Position numbers and translations under genes: made by a program
Notes under the pieces: generated by a model
What the model saw: only the letters and a program-made list of their open reading frames with translations
Database searches by the model: none
What the model was told of the DNA's origin: nothing
Part shown: positions 1 through 9,209 of the stretch, piece by piece
Position numbering within the stretch: the first letter of the stretch is position 1
How the letters are laid out: every line of letters begins with the position of its first letter
Assembly (NCBI GenBank): GCA_965227515.1
Contig: CBDDFZ010000001.1
Location: forward strand, 1,376,001-1,440,000
Source: Alphaproteobacteria bacterium
GTDB lineage: Bacteria > Pseudomonadota > Alphaproteobacteria > CALKHQ01
Length of the DNA: 64,000 bases
Direction: 5' to 3'

Positions 1-109
1 GCGTCCACGGCGTCTCCTCGGCGAATGCGTGTGTCGCCAAACTCAATACCGCGACGACTGTGATTGCTCGAACCGTCATTTCAACTACCTCGCCATCACC
101 CGACCATAC

Positions 110-196
110 CGTCATGCCCGCACTTGTTGCGGGCATCCACGTCTTTGCAACAGGCGATGTAAGGCGTGGATGGCCGGATCAAGTCCGGCCATGACG
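110..196. repeat. CGTC-type palindromic intergenic repeat, family A
   Basis: CGTCATGCCCGCACTTGTTGCGGGCATCCAC ... GTGGATGGCCGGATCAAGTCCGGCCATGACG; related copies at 33179 and 61373. Confidence 0.85.
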
Positions 197-211
197 ATTG
201 TGTTTCTGAGC

Positions 212-646
212 TCACATTTCGATCTCGCGTTTGGAGGCGAGCAGCGGGTTCGGATGATCGGCCTGCGGTCCGCCGCTTCCGTAGGGCCGGGTGATGATCT
301 CCAGCAGGTGGCCGTTTGGGTCGTCGAAATAGACGCCGCGCCCATCGTCCCAATGGTTGATCGCACCGGGATTGTTGCGGAACGGATCGGCCCAATGGTC
401 CATGCCGCGTTGCCTGATCTTGTTGAAAATGTCGTCAAATTCGTCCTCGGAGACCAGGAACGCGAAATGACGCTGCCTGATCTCGCCATCGTCGTCGACG
501 AAATCTATAGACGTGTCGCCGACCTGGACCACCGCGAACGGCCCCATGGCGACCGGCGCCGGCAGTCCGAGCAGCTCGGCATAGAACCTCGCCGTCGCCT
601 CCTTGTTGCGGGCGCTGGCGATGGTGTGGTTGAGCTGGATGGCCAT
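212..646 (-). CDS. VOC/glyoxalase family protein
   Basis: N-terminal LNHTI, HFAFLVS and GRGVYFDDPNGHLLEIIT motifs; GGAGG RBS upstream. Confidence 0.85.
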   Translation of the reverse strand: MAIQLNHTIASARNKEATARFYAELLGLPAPVAMGPFAVVQVGDTSIDFVDDDGEIRQRHFAFLVSEDEFDDIFNKIRQRGMDHWADPFRNNPGAINHWDDGRGVYFDDPNGHLLEIITRPYGSGGPQADHPNPLLASKREIEM

Positions 647-763
647 GGCGCGATCCTCCCTCTTAGTTCGGCTGATCTAGGGCGCGGATGCCTGCACGCA
701 ACATGCTATAGAGCCGGCGCCGACTTCAGCGTCGGCAGACGACGATCGGACAGTGGAGGGGAC

Positions 764-2002
764 ATGGACCTGATCATCCGCAACGCCAACCTGCCGGACG
801 GGCGCTCCGGCATCGACATCGGCATCGAGGGTGGGCGCATCGCCGCGGTGGAAAAGGCGCTGGGCGCGACGGCGGGCGAGGAGATCGACGCCACCGGCAA
901 TCTGGTCACGCCGCCGTTCATCGACCCGCATTTCCACATGGATGCGACGCTGAGCCTGGGGTTGCCGCGGATGAACCAGTCCGGCACGCTTCTGGAGGGC
1001 ATCGCGCTGTGGGGCGAGCTCAAGCCCGACCTGACCCAGGAGGCGGTGGCCGAGCGCGCCATCGACTACTGCCGCATGGCCATCGGCCAGGGCCTGCTCG
1101 CCGTGCGCACCCACGTCGACATTTGCGACGACCGCCTGCTGGCAGTGGAGGCGTTGCTCGACGTGAAGAAGCGGATGGCGCCCTACATCGACATCCAGCT
1201 CGTCGCCTTTCCGCAGGACGGCTATTACCGCTACGCCAAGTCCCACGAGAACCTGGTACGCGCGCTCGACATGGGCGTCGACGTGGTCGGCGGCATCCCG
1301 CACTTCGAGCGCACCATGGACGACGGGCGCCGCTCGGTGGCCGCCCTGTGCGAGATCGCGGCGGAGCGCGGGCTGCTGGTCGACATGCACTGCGACGAGA
1401 CCGACGACCCGAACTCGCGCCACATCGAGAGCCTGGCCTTCGAGACCCAGCGGCTGGGGCTGGAAGGGCGGGTCAACGGCTCGCACCTCACCTCCATGCA
1501 CTCCATGGACAACTACTACGTCTCCAAACTGATCCCGCTGATAGCCGAGGCCGAAGTGTCGGCCATCGCCAACCCGCTGATCAACATCACCATCCAGGGG
1601 CGCCACGACACCTACCCCAAGCGGCGCGGCATGACCCGGGTGCCGGAGCTGATGGCCGCTGGCATCACTTGCGCCTTCGGCCACGACTGCGTGATGGACC
1701 CCTGGTACTCCATGGGCAGCGCCGACATGCTGGAAGTGGCGCACATGGGCCTGCACGTGGCGCAGATGACGGCGCTGGACCAGATCGACGCCTGCTTCCA
1801 GGCGGTCACCGCCAACGCGGCCAAGATCCTGCATCTCGACGGCTATGGGCTGGCGCCCGGCTGCAACGCCGACCTTGTGGTGTTGCAGGCGGAGAACCCG
1901 TTCCACGCCATCCGGCTGAAGCCGAACCGGCTCTATGTGCTGCGCCGGGGCAAGGTGATCGCCAGCACCGCGCCCAAGACGGTGGAGCTTGCGCTCGACT
2001 GA
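764..2002 (+). CDS. Cytosine deaminase-like amidohydrolase
   Basis: PPFIDPHFHMD (HxH), DMHCDETDD and FGHDCVMDPWY motifs; ATG at 764 after GGAGG; the longer ORF start at 29 is rejected. Confidence 0.88.
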   Translation: MDLIIRNANLPDGRSGIDIGIEGGRIAAVEKALGATAGEEIDATGNLVTPPFIDPHFHMDATLSLGLPRMNQSGTLLEGIALWGELKPDLTQEAVAERAIDYCRMAIGQGLLAVRTHVDICDDRLLAVEALLDVKKRMAPYIDIQLVAFPQDGYYRYAKSHENLVRALDMGVDVVGGIPHFERTMDDGRRSVAALCEIAAERGLLVDMHCDETDDPNSRHIESLAFETQRLGLEGRVNGSHLTSMHSMDNYYVSKLIPLIAEAEVSAIANPLINITIQGRHDTYPKRRGMTRVPELMAAGITCAFGHDCVMDPWYSMGSADMLEVAHMGLHVAQMTALDQIDACFQAVTANAAKILHLDGYGLAPGCNADLVVLQAENPFHAIRLKPNRLYVLRRGKVIASTAPKTVELALD

Positions 2003-2020
2003 GCGTCAAATGGACTTCGT

Positions 2021-2250
2021 CGTCGTCCTCGCCCTTGTGGCGAGGACCCATGGGCGTGCCGGCTCGAAGCGAGCCTGACGTAGTCGATCCGCGCGACGCG
2101 ACGTGTGTTTGCCGACCGCCAACCATGCCGAGCTTCGCCTTTAAGTTGTTGAAATACTGGATATAAATGGATCCCCGGGACAAGCCCGAGGATGACGATG
2201 GCGTTATGGCGAGATGTGTCGTTCCAGAGGCGACAAGGGCGAGGACGACG
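2021..2250. repeat. ~230-bp palindromic/MITE-like element, family B
   Basis: Ends GTCGTCCTCGCCCTTGT ... ACAAGGGCGAGGACGAC are inverted; the internal segment closely matches 50269..50497. Confidence 0.85.
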
Positions 2251-2264
2251 ATGGGGTGGTGACC

Positions 2265-2924
2265 CTAACCCTCCTCCGCCGGCAGGCCGTCGATCGTCAG
2301 ATCCATGCGGGTGTCGCCCGTGGTCAGGCCCACCGTCGCGCCGTGCATCGTGCACAACAGCTTGACGAAGCTGGCGCCGACCGTGCGCACCTCCGGCACC
2401 GTCTGGGTGGCCTGCGGGCTGAGCACCGCAATCACGCCCTCCGCCATCTTGATCGCGTCGCCGACCGCCGACACCGAGAGCTTGGCCTTGCCGGCCTGGG
2501 CGCTCTCGTCCAGCGATACCGCCACCTCGCCGCCGCGCGGAATGAATTCGGCGGCCAACGGCACCGCGTTCAGCACCACCTGGGCGGTGTCGATCGGCAG
2601 GGTGACGTAGGCCAGCCCCGGCGACACGGTCCATGCCAGCTTGACCCGCGCGGTTTCCACCACCGGGCGTAGCACCTCCAGCATCGCGTCGGGCGCCTGG
2701 CCCGAACCGCCCGAATAACCGTAGGCGACCCGGTAGTATTGCAGCCGGTCGCGCGCCGCCTGTGCCGAACTGCCGATCAGGTCGAAGGCCTCGTCGTCGG
2801 CCAGCCCGCCACCCTCGCTCGCCAGTTCCAGGCCGTTGTTGACGGCGGCGACGGGGCTGATCAGGTCGTGGCACAGGCGGGACGCCAACAGGCGGGTCAG
2901 GCGCAGCAGTTCGGTGTCGGTCAT
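2265..2924 (-). CDS. chpT: Histidine phosphotransferase ChpT
   Basis: LLASRLCHDLISPVAAVNNGLEL and LQYYRVAYG signatures. Confidence 0.9.
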   Translation of the reverse strand: MTDTELLRLTRLLASRLCHDLISPVAAVNNGLELASEGGGLADDEAFDLIGSSAQAARDRLQYYRVAYGYSGGSGQAPDAMLEVLRPVVETARVKLAWTVSPGLAYVTLPIDTAQVVLNAVPLAAEFIPRGGEVAVSLDESAQAGKAKLSVSAVGDAIKMAEGVIAVLSPQATQTVPEVRTVGASFVKLLCTMHGATVGLTTGDTRMDLTIDGLPAEEG

Positions 2925-3173
2925 AGGGGGTTCCGATGGTCAGTCTTGGCTGGGCAGCGGGGGCGCCGCCATGCGGGGCCGACCGGCTTGCCGGGTGAGG
3001 CAAACAGGCGCATGTTGCGCCGGTCGGTTGCATCAGCATTGGCGATACGCGCTTGTGCCGGGTGCGTCAACCGTCGTGGAAGCAGGGGCTCGGCCTGGGT
3101 GGCGCAGACGCGCGCATTGGCCCGGACATCCCGCTCAATCCCCGCTCAAACCCCATATAACCAAGGACATGGC

Positions 3174-3356
3174 GTGTCATCCTTTCTGGTCCCCGGCGAT
3201 TTCGTGACCCATCCGCAGCGTCCGGAATGGGGCCAGGGCCAGGTGCAGTCGGTCATCGGCGACCGGGTGACGGTGAATTTCGAACACGCCGGCAAGCTTT
3301 TGATCAACACGGCCGTCGTTGACTTGACCCCGCTTGGCGACGACAAACAGGGGTGA
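3174..3356 (+). CDS. DUF3553-like small protein
   Basis: PGDFVTHPQRPEWGQGQVQSVIGDRVTVNFEHAGK; divergent from chpT; GTG start after AGGA. Confidence 0.8.
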   Translation: MSSFLVPGDFVTHPQRPEWGQGQVQSVIGDRVTVNFEHAGKLLINTAVVDLTPLGDDKQG

Positions 3357-3374
3357 TCGGTTTTGGAGCATGCC

Positions 3375-5111
3375 TTGAGTAACGACACACCCACGGCCGA
3401 AACGGTTCGCCGGCGTATCCACCCCGGCAGCGGTCGGCGCAACGCGGTGCCCCGGCCCAAGGGACGCGGCGTGTCGGACGCGGCGGTGGCCGAGGTTCAG
3501 GCCCTGATCGGCGACGGACCGCACGCCCGCGACCTGTTGATCGAGCACCTGCACAAGATCCAAGATGCCAACGGCTGCCTGTCGGCCCCGCACATGGCGG
3601 CGCTGGCGCACCTGATGGATCTGGCCCTGGTCGAGGTCTACGAGGTCGCCTCGTTCTACGCCCATTTCGACATCGTGCTGGATGGCGAGGCGCCGCCCGC
3701 GCCGCTGACGGTGCGGGTGTGCGACAGCCTGACCTGCGAGATGATGGGCGCGCAGAAGTTGCTGGCCGATCTGCCGGGGCGGCTGGGCGAAGGCGTGCGC
3801 GTGGTGCGTGCGCCCTGCATGGGGCGCTGCGAGCAGGCGCCGGTGTGCGAGGTCGGCCACAACCATGTCGGCCACGCGACGGCGGACGGCATCGCGGATG
3901 CGGTGGCCGGCGGCGCCACCCATCCGGTGAACCCGGACCACATCGGCCTGGACGCCTATCGCGCCGACGGCGGCTACGCGCTGCTGGAAGCGTGCCGGGA
4001 CGGCACCCGCTCGGTCGACGAGATCATCGAGGCGCTGGAGCATTCCGGCCTGCGCGGGCTGGGCGGTGCGGGCTTTCCCACCGGGCGCAAATGGCGGTTC
4101 GTGCGCCAGGAGCCTGCGCCCCGCCTGATGGCGATCAATGCCGACGAGGGCGAGCCCGGCACCTTCAAGGACCGGGTCTACATGGAGTCCGATCCGCACC
4201 GCTTCCTGGAAGGCACCCTGATCGGCGCCTGGGCGGTGGAGGCGGCGGACGTCTACATCTATTTGCGCGACGAATATCCGGGCCTGCACAAGCTCCTGGC
4301 CGACGAGATCGCGGCGCTGGAGGCGGCGGGGCTCGGCGGTGGGGTGAAGCTCCACCTGCGGCGCGGTGCCGGCGCCTATATCTGCGGCGAGGAATCGGCG
4401 ATGCTGGAGAGCCTGGAGGGCAAGCGCGGGCTGCCGCGTCACAAGCCGCCCTTCCCCAGCCAAGTCGGCCTGTTCGGCCTGCCGACGCTGATCAACAACG
4501 CCGAGACGGTCTATTGGGTGCGCGACATCGTGGAGCGCGGGCCGGACTGGTTCGGCAGCGAGGGCAGGCGGGGCCGCAAGGGCCTGCGCTCGTTCTCGGT
4601 CTCCGGCCGGGTGGCGGCGCCGGGCGTCAAGCTGGCCCCGGCGGGCATTTCGGTGCGCGAGCTGATCGAGGAATATTGCGGCGGCATGGCACCGGGGCAC
4701 AATTTCAAGGGCTACCTGCCAGGCGGCGCCTCCGGCGGCATCCTGCCGGCATCGATGGACGATGTGCCGCTCGACTTCGACACGTTGCAGGACCATGGCT
4801 GCCTGATCGGCTCGGCCGCTGTGGTGGTGCTGTCGGACCAGGACGACATCAAGGCGGTGGCGCTGAACCTGATGCGCTTTTTCGAGGACGAGAGTTGCGG
4901 CCAGTGCACGCCGTGCCGGGTCGGCACCGAGAAGGCGGTGCAGCTGATGGCGCGCCAGGACTGGGACGTGCCGCTGCTGGAGGAACTCTCCACCGCGATG
5001 ATGGACGCGTCGATCTGCGGCCTCGGCCAGGCCGCGCCGAACCCGCTGTTGTGCGCGTTGAAGTATTTCAAGGAGGACCTTGAGCGTAGCCCGGATGAAG
5101 CGTCAGCGTAA
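3375..5111 (+). CDS. NAD-dependent formate dehydrogenase beta subunit (NuoE+NuoF-like fusion)
   Basis: 2Fe-2S VCDSLTC...CMGRC; GLGGAGFPTG, NADEGEPGTFKD, AYICGEE and ESCGQCTPCR...SICGLG; TTG start after GGAG (could be 3363). Confidence 0.9.
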   Translation: MSNDTPTAETVRRRIHPGSGRRNAVPRPKGRGVSDAAVAEVQALIGDGPHARDLLIEHLHKIQDANGCLSAPHMAALAHLMDLALVEVYEVASFYAHFDIVLDGEAPPAPLTVRVCDSLTCEMMGAQKLLADLPGRLGEGVRVVRAPCMGRCEQAPVCEVGHNHVGHATADGIADAVAGGATHPVNPDHIGLDAYRADGGYALLEACRDGTRSVDEIIEALEHSGLRGLGGAGFPTGRKWRFVRQEPAPRLMAINADEGEPGTFKDRVYMESDPHRFLEGTLIGAWAVEAADVYIYLRDEYPGLHKLLADEIAALEAAGLGGGVKLHLRRGAGAYICGEESAMLESLEGKRGLPRHKPPFPSQVGLFGLPTLINNAETVYWVRDIVERGPDWFGSEGRRGRKGLRSFSVSGRVAAPGVKLAPAGISVRELIEEYCGGMAPGHNFKGYLPGGASGGILPASMDDVPLDFDTLQDHGCLIGSAAVVVLSDQDDIKAVALNLMRFFEDESCGQCTPCRVGTEKAVQLMARQDWDVPLLEELSTAMMDASICGLGQAAPNPLLCALKYFKEDLERSPDEASA

Positions 5112-5118
5112 TCCGGGG
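5085..5118 (+). repeat. GTAG-type REP, left of RAYT
   Basis: CGTAGCCCGGATGAAGCGTCAGCGTAATCCGGGG: GTAG tag plus CCCGGAT/ATCCGGG stem; inverted copy at 5717..5749. Confidence 0.9.
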
Positions 5119-5146
5119 ACTTGGTCGCATGTGCTGACCTCAGCCG

Positions 5147-5647
5147 GTGGTCCGTTATCGCCGAAACCGTGTGCCGGGCGGCACCTACTTCTTCACGGTG
5201 ACGTTGAGTGATCGGCGGTCGGCGCTACTGGTCGAACGAATCAACGATCTACGGGCAGCTTTTCGCACGGCCAAGCGCGAGCGTCCCTTCATGCTAGATG
5301 CGATCGTCGTGCTGCCGGACCACTTGCACGCGGTCATGACAATGCCGCAGGACGACGCCGACTTCTCCGGGCGCTGGCGCCGCATCAAGGCGCTATTTGC
5401 ACGCAGCCTCGGTGTTTCGCCCTGGCAAAGCCGATTTTGGGAGCACACAATCCGCGACGAGGGCGACTTCGCGCGACACGTGGACTACATCCACTACAAC
5501 CCGGTGAAACACGGCTTGGTGCCGGCGGTTGTGGAGTGGCCCCACTCGTCGTTCCATCGTTATGTACGGGCCGGGATACTGTCCGCCGACTGGGGTGGAT
5601 CGACCGCCGCCGACGAGGGGCAATTCGGCGAGCCGTCGGACAAATAG
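5147..5647 (+). CDS. rayT: REP-associated tyrosine transposase (RAYT, Y1/HUH)
   Basis: YRR..PGGTYFFTV, VLPDHLH (HUH) and WQSRFWEHTIRDE.D...HVDYIHYNPVKHGLV motifs; flanked by REPs. Confidence 0.93.
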   Translation: MVRYRRNRVPGGTYFFTVTLSDRRSALLVERINDLRAAFRTAKRERPFMLDAIVVLPDHLHAVMTMPQDDADFSGRWRRIKALFARSLGVSPWQSRFWEHTIRDEGDFARHVDYIHYNPVKHGLVPAVVEWPHSSFHRYVRAGILSADWGGSTAADEGQFGEPSDK

Positions 5648-5716
5648 CGATAAATCGTCCCTTGGACGAGTTGGCGCCGTGGTCTAGGACATAGGTAGGA
5701 CTAGGGACTGCTAGAC

Positions 5717-5749
5717 TCCCGGATTACGCTACGCTCCATCCGGGCTACG
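5717..5749 (-). repeat. GTAG-type REP, right of RAYT
   Basis: Reverse complement is CGTAGCCCGGATGGAGCGTAGCGTAATCCGGGA, near-identical to the left REP. Confidence 0.9.
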
Positions 5750-5789
5750 CGACCGCGCAAGCTCGCGATGACGGCGAATGGGGAATGCC

Positions 5790-8558
5790 ATGACCGACCG
5801 CATCAGTTTCACCCTCGACGGCCGTGAGGTCGAGGCGGCCCCCGGCGAGACCATCTGGCAGGTGGCGAAGCGCGAGGGCACCGAGATCCCGCACCTGTGC
5901 TACCTGGACGCGCCCGGCTATCGCCCGGACGGCAATTGCCGCGCCTGCATGGTCGAGATCGAGGGCGAGCGCGTGCTCGCCGCCTCGTGCATCCGCAAGC
6001 CGGCCGACGGCATGAAGGTGAAGACCGCGACCGAGCGCGCCAGGACCGCGCGGCGGATGGTGATGGAACTGCTGCTGGCCGACCAGCCGGCGCGCGCGAC
6101 GTCGCATGACCCGGACTCCCGTCTCTGGCAGTGGGCGGACGCCACCGATATCGCCGACAGCCGGTTTCCGGCGCGCGCGACCCCCGCCGACGACATGAGC
6201 CACCCGGCGATGGCGGTGCAGCTCGACGCCTGCATCCACTGCAATCTGTGCGAGCGCGCCTGCCGCGAGGTGCAGGTCAACGACGTCATCGGCATGGCCC
6301 ATCGCGGCGCCCACGCCAAGATCGTGTTCGACTTCGACGACCCGATGGGCGACAGCACCTGCGTCGCCTGCGGCGAGTGCGTCCAGGCCTGCCCCACCGG
6401 CGCGCTGATGCCGAAGACGGTGCTGGACGAGCGTGGCCACAAGGCCCACACCGCCGACCGCACGGTGGACTCGCTCTGCCCCTATTGCGGTGTCGGCTGC
6501 CAGCTCACCTATCACATCAAGGACGACAAGTTGCTGTCGGTCAGCGGGCGCGACGGCCCGTCGAACATGGGCAAGCTCTGCGTGAAGGGGCGGTTCGGCT
6601 TCGACTACGTGCACCACCCACACCGCCTGACCGTGCCGCTGATCCGCAAGGACGGCGTGGCGAAGTCGGCGGAGGACAATGTCGACCCGGCCAACCCGTG
6701 GACCCATTTCCGCGAGGCGACGTGGGAGGAGGCGCTGGACCGCGCCGCCGCCGGGCTGGCGCGCATCCGCGACGAGCATGGCGGCAAGGGACTGGCCGGC
6801 TTCGGTTCGGCCAAGGGCTCCAACGAGGAGGCCTATCTGTTCCAGAAGCTGGTGCGCACCGGCTTCCACACCAACAATGTCGACCACTGCACGCGGCTCT
6901 GCCACGCCTCGTCGGTGGCGGCGCTGATGGAGACCATCGGCTCCGGTGCTGTGACCGCGCCGTTCTGGGAGTGCCTGAACAGCGACGTCATCATGGTGAT
7001 CGGCGCGAACCCGACCGTGAACCACCCGGTGGCCGCCACCTTCATCAAGCAGGCGGCGAAGCGGGGCGCCGAACTGATCGTCTGCGACCCGCGCGGCCAG
7101 GGGCTCAGCCGGCACGCCACCCATCGCCTGCAGTTCCGCGGCGGCACCGACGTCGCGCTCTTGAACGCCATCATGAACGTCATCGTCGCCGAGGGGCTGG
7201 TCGACCAGCAATATGTCGCCGGCTACACCGAGGACTTCGAGCGGCTGAAGGCGCATGTCGCCGCCTTCCCGCCGGAGGACATGGCGCCGATCTGCGGCAT
7301 TCCCGCCGACGAGATCCGCACCGTGGCGCGCAAGTTCGCCACCGCGAAGGCCGCCATCATCTTCTGGGGTATGGGCATCAGCCAGCACGTGCACGGCACC
7401 GACAACGCGCGCTGCCTGATCAGCCTTGCGCTGATGACCGGCCATGTCGGCCGGGCCGGCTCCGGCCTGCACCCGCTGCGTGGCCAGAACAACGTGCAGG
7501 GCGCGTCCGACGTCGGCCTGATCCCGATGGTGTTCCCCGACTACCAGTCGGTGGAGACCGACAGCATCCGCAAGCACTTCGAGGAGGTGTGGGGCGCGGA
7601 GCTGGACCCCAAGCGCGGGCTGACGGTGGTGGAGATCGTCAACGCCATCCTCGGCGATATCATCCGCGGCATGTACATCATGGGCGAGAACCCGGCGATG
7701 TCGGACCCCGACCAGCATCACGCCCGCTCAGCGCTCGCCAAGCTGGAGCACCTGGTGGTGCAGGACATCTTCCTGACCGAGACCGCGTTCCATGCCGACG
7801 TGGTGCTGCCGGCAAGCGCCTTCCCGGAGAAGGATGGCACCTTCACCAACACCAACCGCCAGGTGCAAATGGGCCGCCGCGCGCTGCCGATGCCGGGCCA
7901 GGCGCGCCAGGACTGGGAGCTGATCCAGGAGATCGCCCGGCGCATGGGCCTCGACTGGTCCTACACCCACCCGCGCGACGTGTTCGCCGAGATGCACCGG
8001 GTGATGCCCTCGATCAAGGGCATGAGCTGGGACCGGGTCGACCGCGAGGAGTCGGTGGTCTATCCGGTCGACAGCGAGGACGAGCCCGGCCACGAGGTGA
8101 TCTTCGGCGACGGTTTCCCCACCGCCAGCGGACGCGGCAAGTTCGTGCCGGCCGACGTGCTGCCGCCCGACGAGACCCCCGACGACGACTACCCGATCGT
8201 GCTGACCACAGGCCGCATCCTGGAGCACTGGCATACCGGGGCGATGACCCGGCGGGCCGAGGTGCTGGACGACATCGAGTCGTCGCCGCTGGTGCACATC
8301 CACCCGCGCGACCTGCGCGACATGGGGCTGGAGCCGGGTGCCACCGTGGAGGTCGCCACCCGGCGCGGCGAGATCGTGCTGCAGGCGCGCGCCGACCGCG
8401 ACGTGCCGCGCGGCATGGTGTTCATCCCGTTCTGCTACAACGAGGCGGCAGCCAACATCCTGACCAACCCGCAGCTCGACCCGTTCGGCAAGATCCCGGA
8501 GTTCAAGTATTGCGCGGCACGGGTGCGGCCGGTGCAGGCCGCCGCAGCGGCGGAGTAG
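5790..8558 (+). CDS. fdhF: Formate dehydrogenase alpha subunit (Mo/W bis-MGD, Cys ligand)
   Basis: N-terminal 2Fe-2S and 4Fe-4S motifs, CPYCGVGC, VDHCTRLCH, PLRGQNNVQG and C-terminal KIPEFKYCA. Confidence 0.93.
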   Translation: MTDRISFTLDGREVEAAPGETIWQVAKREGTEIPHLCYLDAPGYRPDGNCRACMVEIEGERVLAASCIRKPADGMKVKTATERARTARRMVMELLLADQPARATSHDPDSRLWQWADATDIADSRFPARATPADDMSHPAMAVQLDACIHCNLCERACREVQVNDVIGMAHRGAHAKIVFDFDDPMGDSTCVACGECVQACPTGALMPKTVLDERGHKAHTADRTVDSLCPYCGVGCQLTYHIKDDKLLSVSGRDGPSNMGKLCVKGRFGFDYVHHPHRLTVPLIRKDGVAKSAEDNVDPANPWTHFREATWEEALDRAAAGLARIRDEHGGKGLAGFGSAKGSNEEAYLFQKLVRTGFHTNNVDHCTRLCHASSVAALMETIGSGAVTAPFWECLNSDVIMVIGANPTVNHPVAATFIKQAAKRGAELIVCDPRGQGLSRHATHRLQFRGGTDVALLNAIMNVIVAEGLVDQQYVAGYTEDFERLKAHVAAFPPEDMAPICGIPADEIRTVARKFATAKAAIIFWGMGISQHVHGTDNARCLISLALMTGHVGRAGSGLHPLRGQNNVQGASDVGLIPMVFPDYQSVETDSIRKHFEEVWGAELDPKRGLTVVEIVNAILGDIIRGMYIMGENPAMSDPDQHHARSALAKLEHLVVQDIFLTETAFHADVVLPASAFPEKDGTFTNTNRQVQMGRRALPMPGQARQDWELIQEIARRMGLDWSYTHPRDVFAEMHRVMPSIKGMSWDRVDREESVVYPVDSEDEPGHEVIFGDGFPTASGRGKFVPADVLPPDETPDDDYPIVLTTGRILEHWHTGAMTRRAEVLDDIESSPLVHIHPRDLRDMGLEPGATVEVATRRGEIVLQARADRDVPRGMVFIPFCYNEAAANILTNPQLDPFGKIPEFKYCAARVRPVQAAAAAE

Positions 8559-8570
8559 CCAGGGCCGCTG

Positions 8571-9206
8571 CTACCGGCCCCACCGTGACCGCAGGGCCGC
8601 AATCGAAGTGAGTTCGGGGCCGATCACGAACGGCACCCCGGCGCCGGCTGACAGGTTGAAGATATCGCCGGGGACCGATTCCCTGACATTGCGGTGGAAG
8701 TCGGCATTGCTGAAACAGCGGTCGTAGATGGGTGTGCCGCCCTGGCTTGGGTCCACGGCCTGGCCGGAAAAATCGAAGCAGATATCGCCCGATGCCGTGT
8801 CGACCTGGTACGGGGTTGCGACCACGCCCGTGTTGCCGGGATACCAGAGGTAGGATCTGCCGTCGGCGCCGTAGTACTCCACCTGTGTGCCGTGCTGGGC
8901 GCTGTAGTGGAGCAGCGTGCGGCCCATGATCTGGGCCGCAGGGTTCGACTGGTTCGACTGGGCCAGAAACGCAGGCTCAGCCCGAGCTGCAATTGGTGCA
9001 ATGGATGGTTCGCTGGCCGCGGCCTGGACGAGCGGGCCGCAACCCAGCAACAGCAGCCAAGCAACCAGGATGTTCAGACGGGCCCGTCCCCTCGACCCCG
9101 CCGGCTTGCGACGGCGCTGGCACATTTGTGCCGAGAGGGCATGGGTGGCGTCGCGCATCTTGCGGCAAGTGCCCCCGGCACAGGGCCGAGGGCACCGAAT
9201 GGGCAA
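8571..9206 (-). CDS. Putative exported hypothetical protein (true start probably internal)
   Basis: Signal-like hydrophobic stretch, then HGTQVEYYGADGRSYLWYPGN and GDIFNL; fills the intergenic gap. Confidence 0.6.
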   Translation of the reverse strand: MPIRCPRPCAGGTCRKMRDATHALSAQMCQRRRKPAGSRGRARLNILVAWLLLLGCGPLVQAAASEPSIAPIAARAEPAFLAQSNQSNPAAQIMGRTLLHYSAQHGTQVEYYGADGRSYLWYPGNTGVVATPYQVDTASGDICFDFSGQAVDPSQGGTPIYDRCFSNADFHRNVRESVPGDIFNLSAGAGVPFVIGPELTSIAALRSRWGR

Positions 9207-9209
9207 GGA

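Noticed and set aside
1-20. Possible minus-strand GTG start at 8 with GAGGAG RBS
   Set aside because: Only a few bases are visible at the window edge; no product can be supported.
29-763. 245-aa N-terminal extension of the amidohydrolase ORF
   Set aside because: It is antisense to the VOC gene and crosses a repeat; the RBS and family N-terminus point to ATG 764.
6880-6910. Selenocysteine in formate dehydrogenase
   Set aside because: The active site reads TRLCH with TGC; there is no in-frame TGA.
5745-8611. Long alternative-frame and antisense ORFs (also 28821..31196, 44884..47145, 24119..26080)
   Set aside because: Arg/Pro/Gly-rich shadow ORFs of high-GC genes with no motifs.
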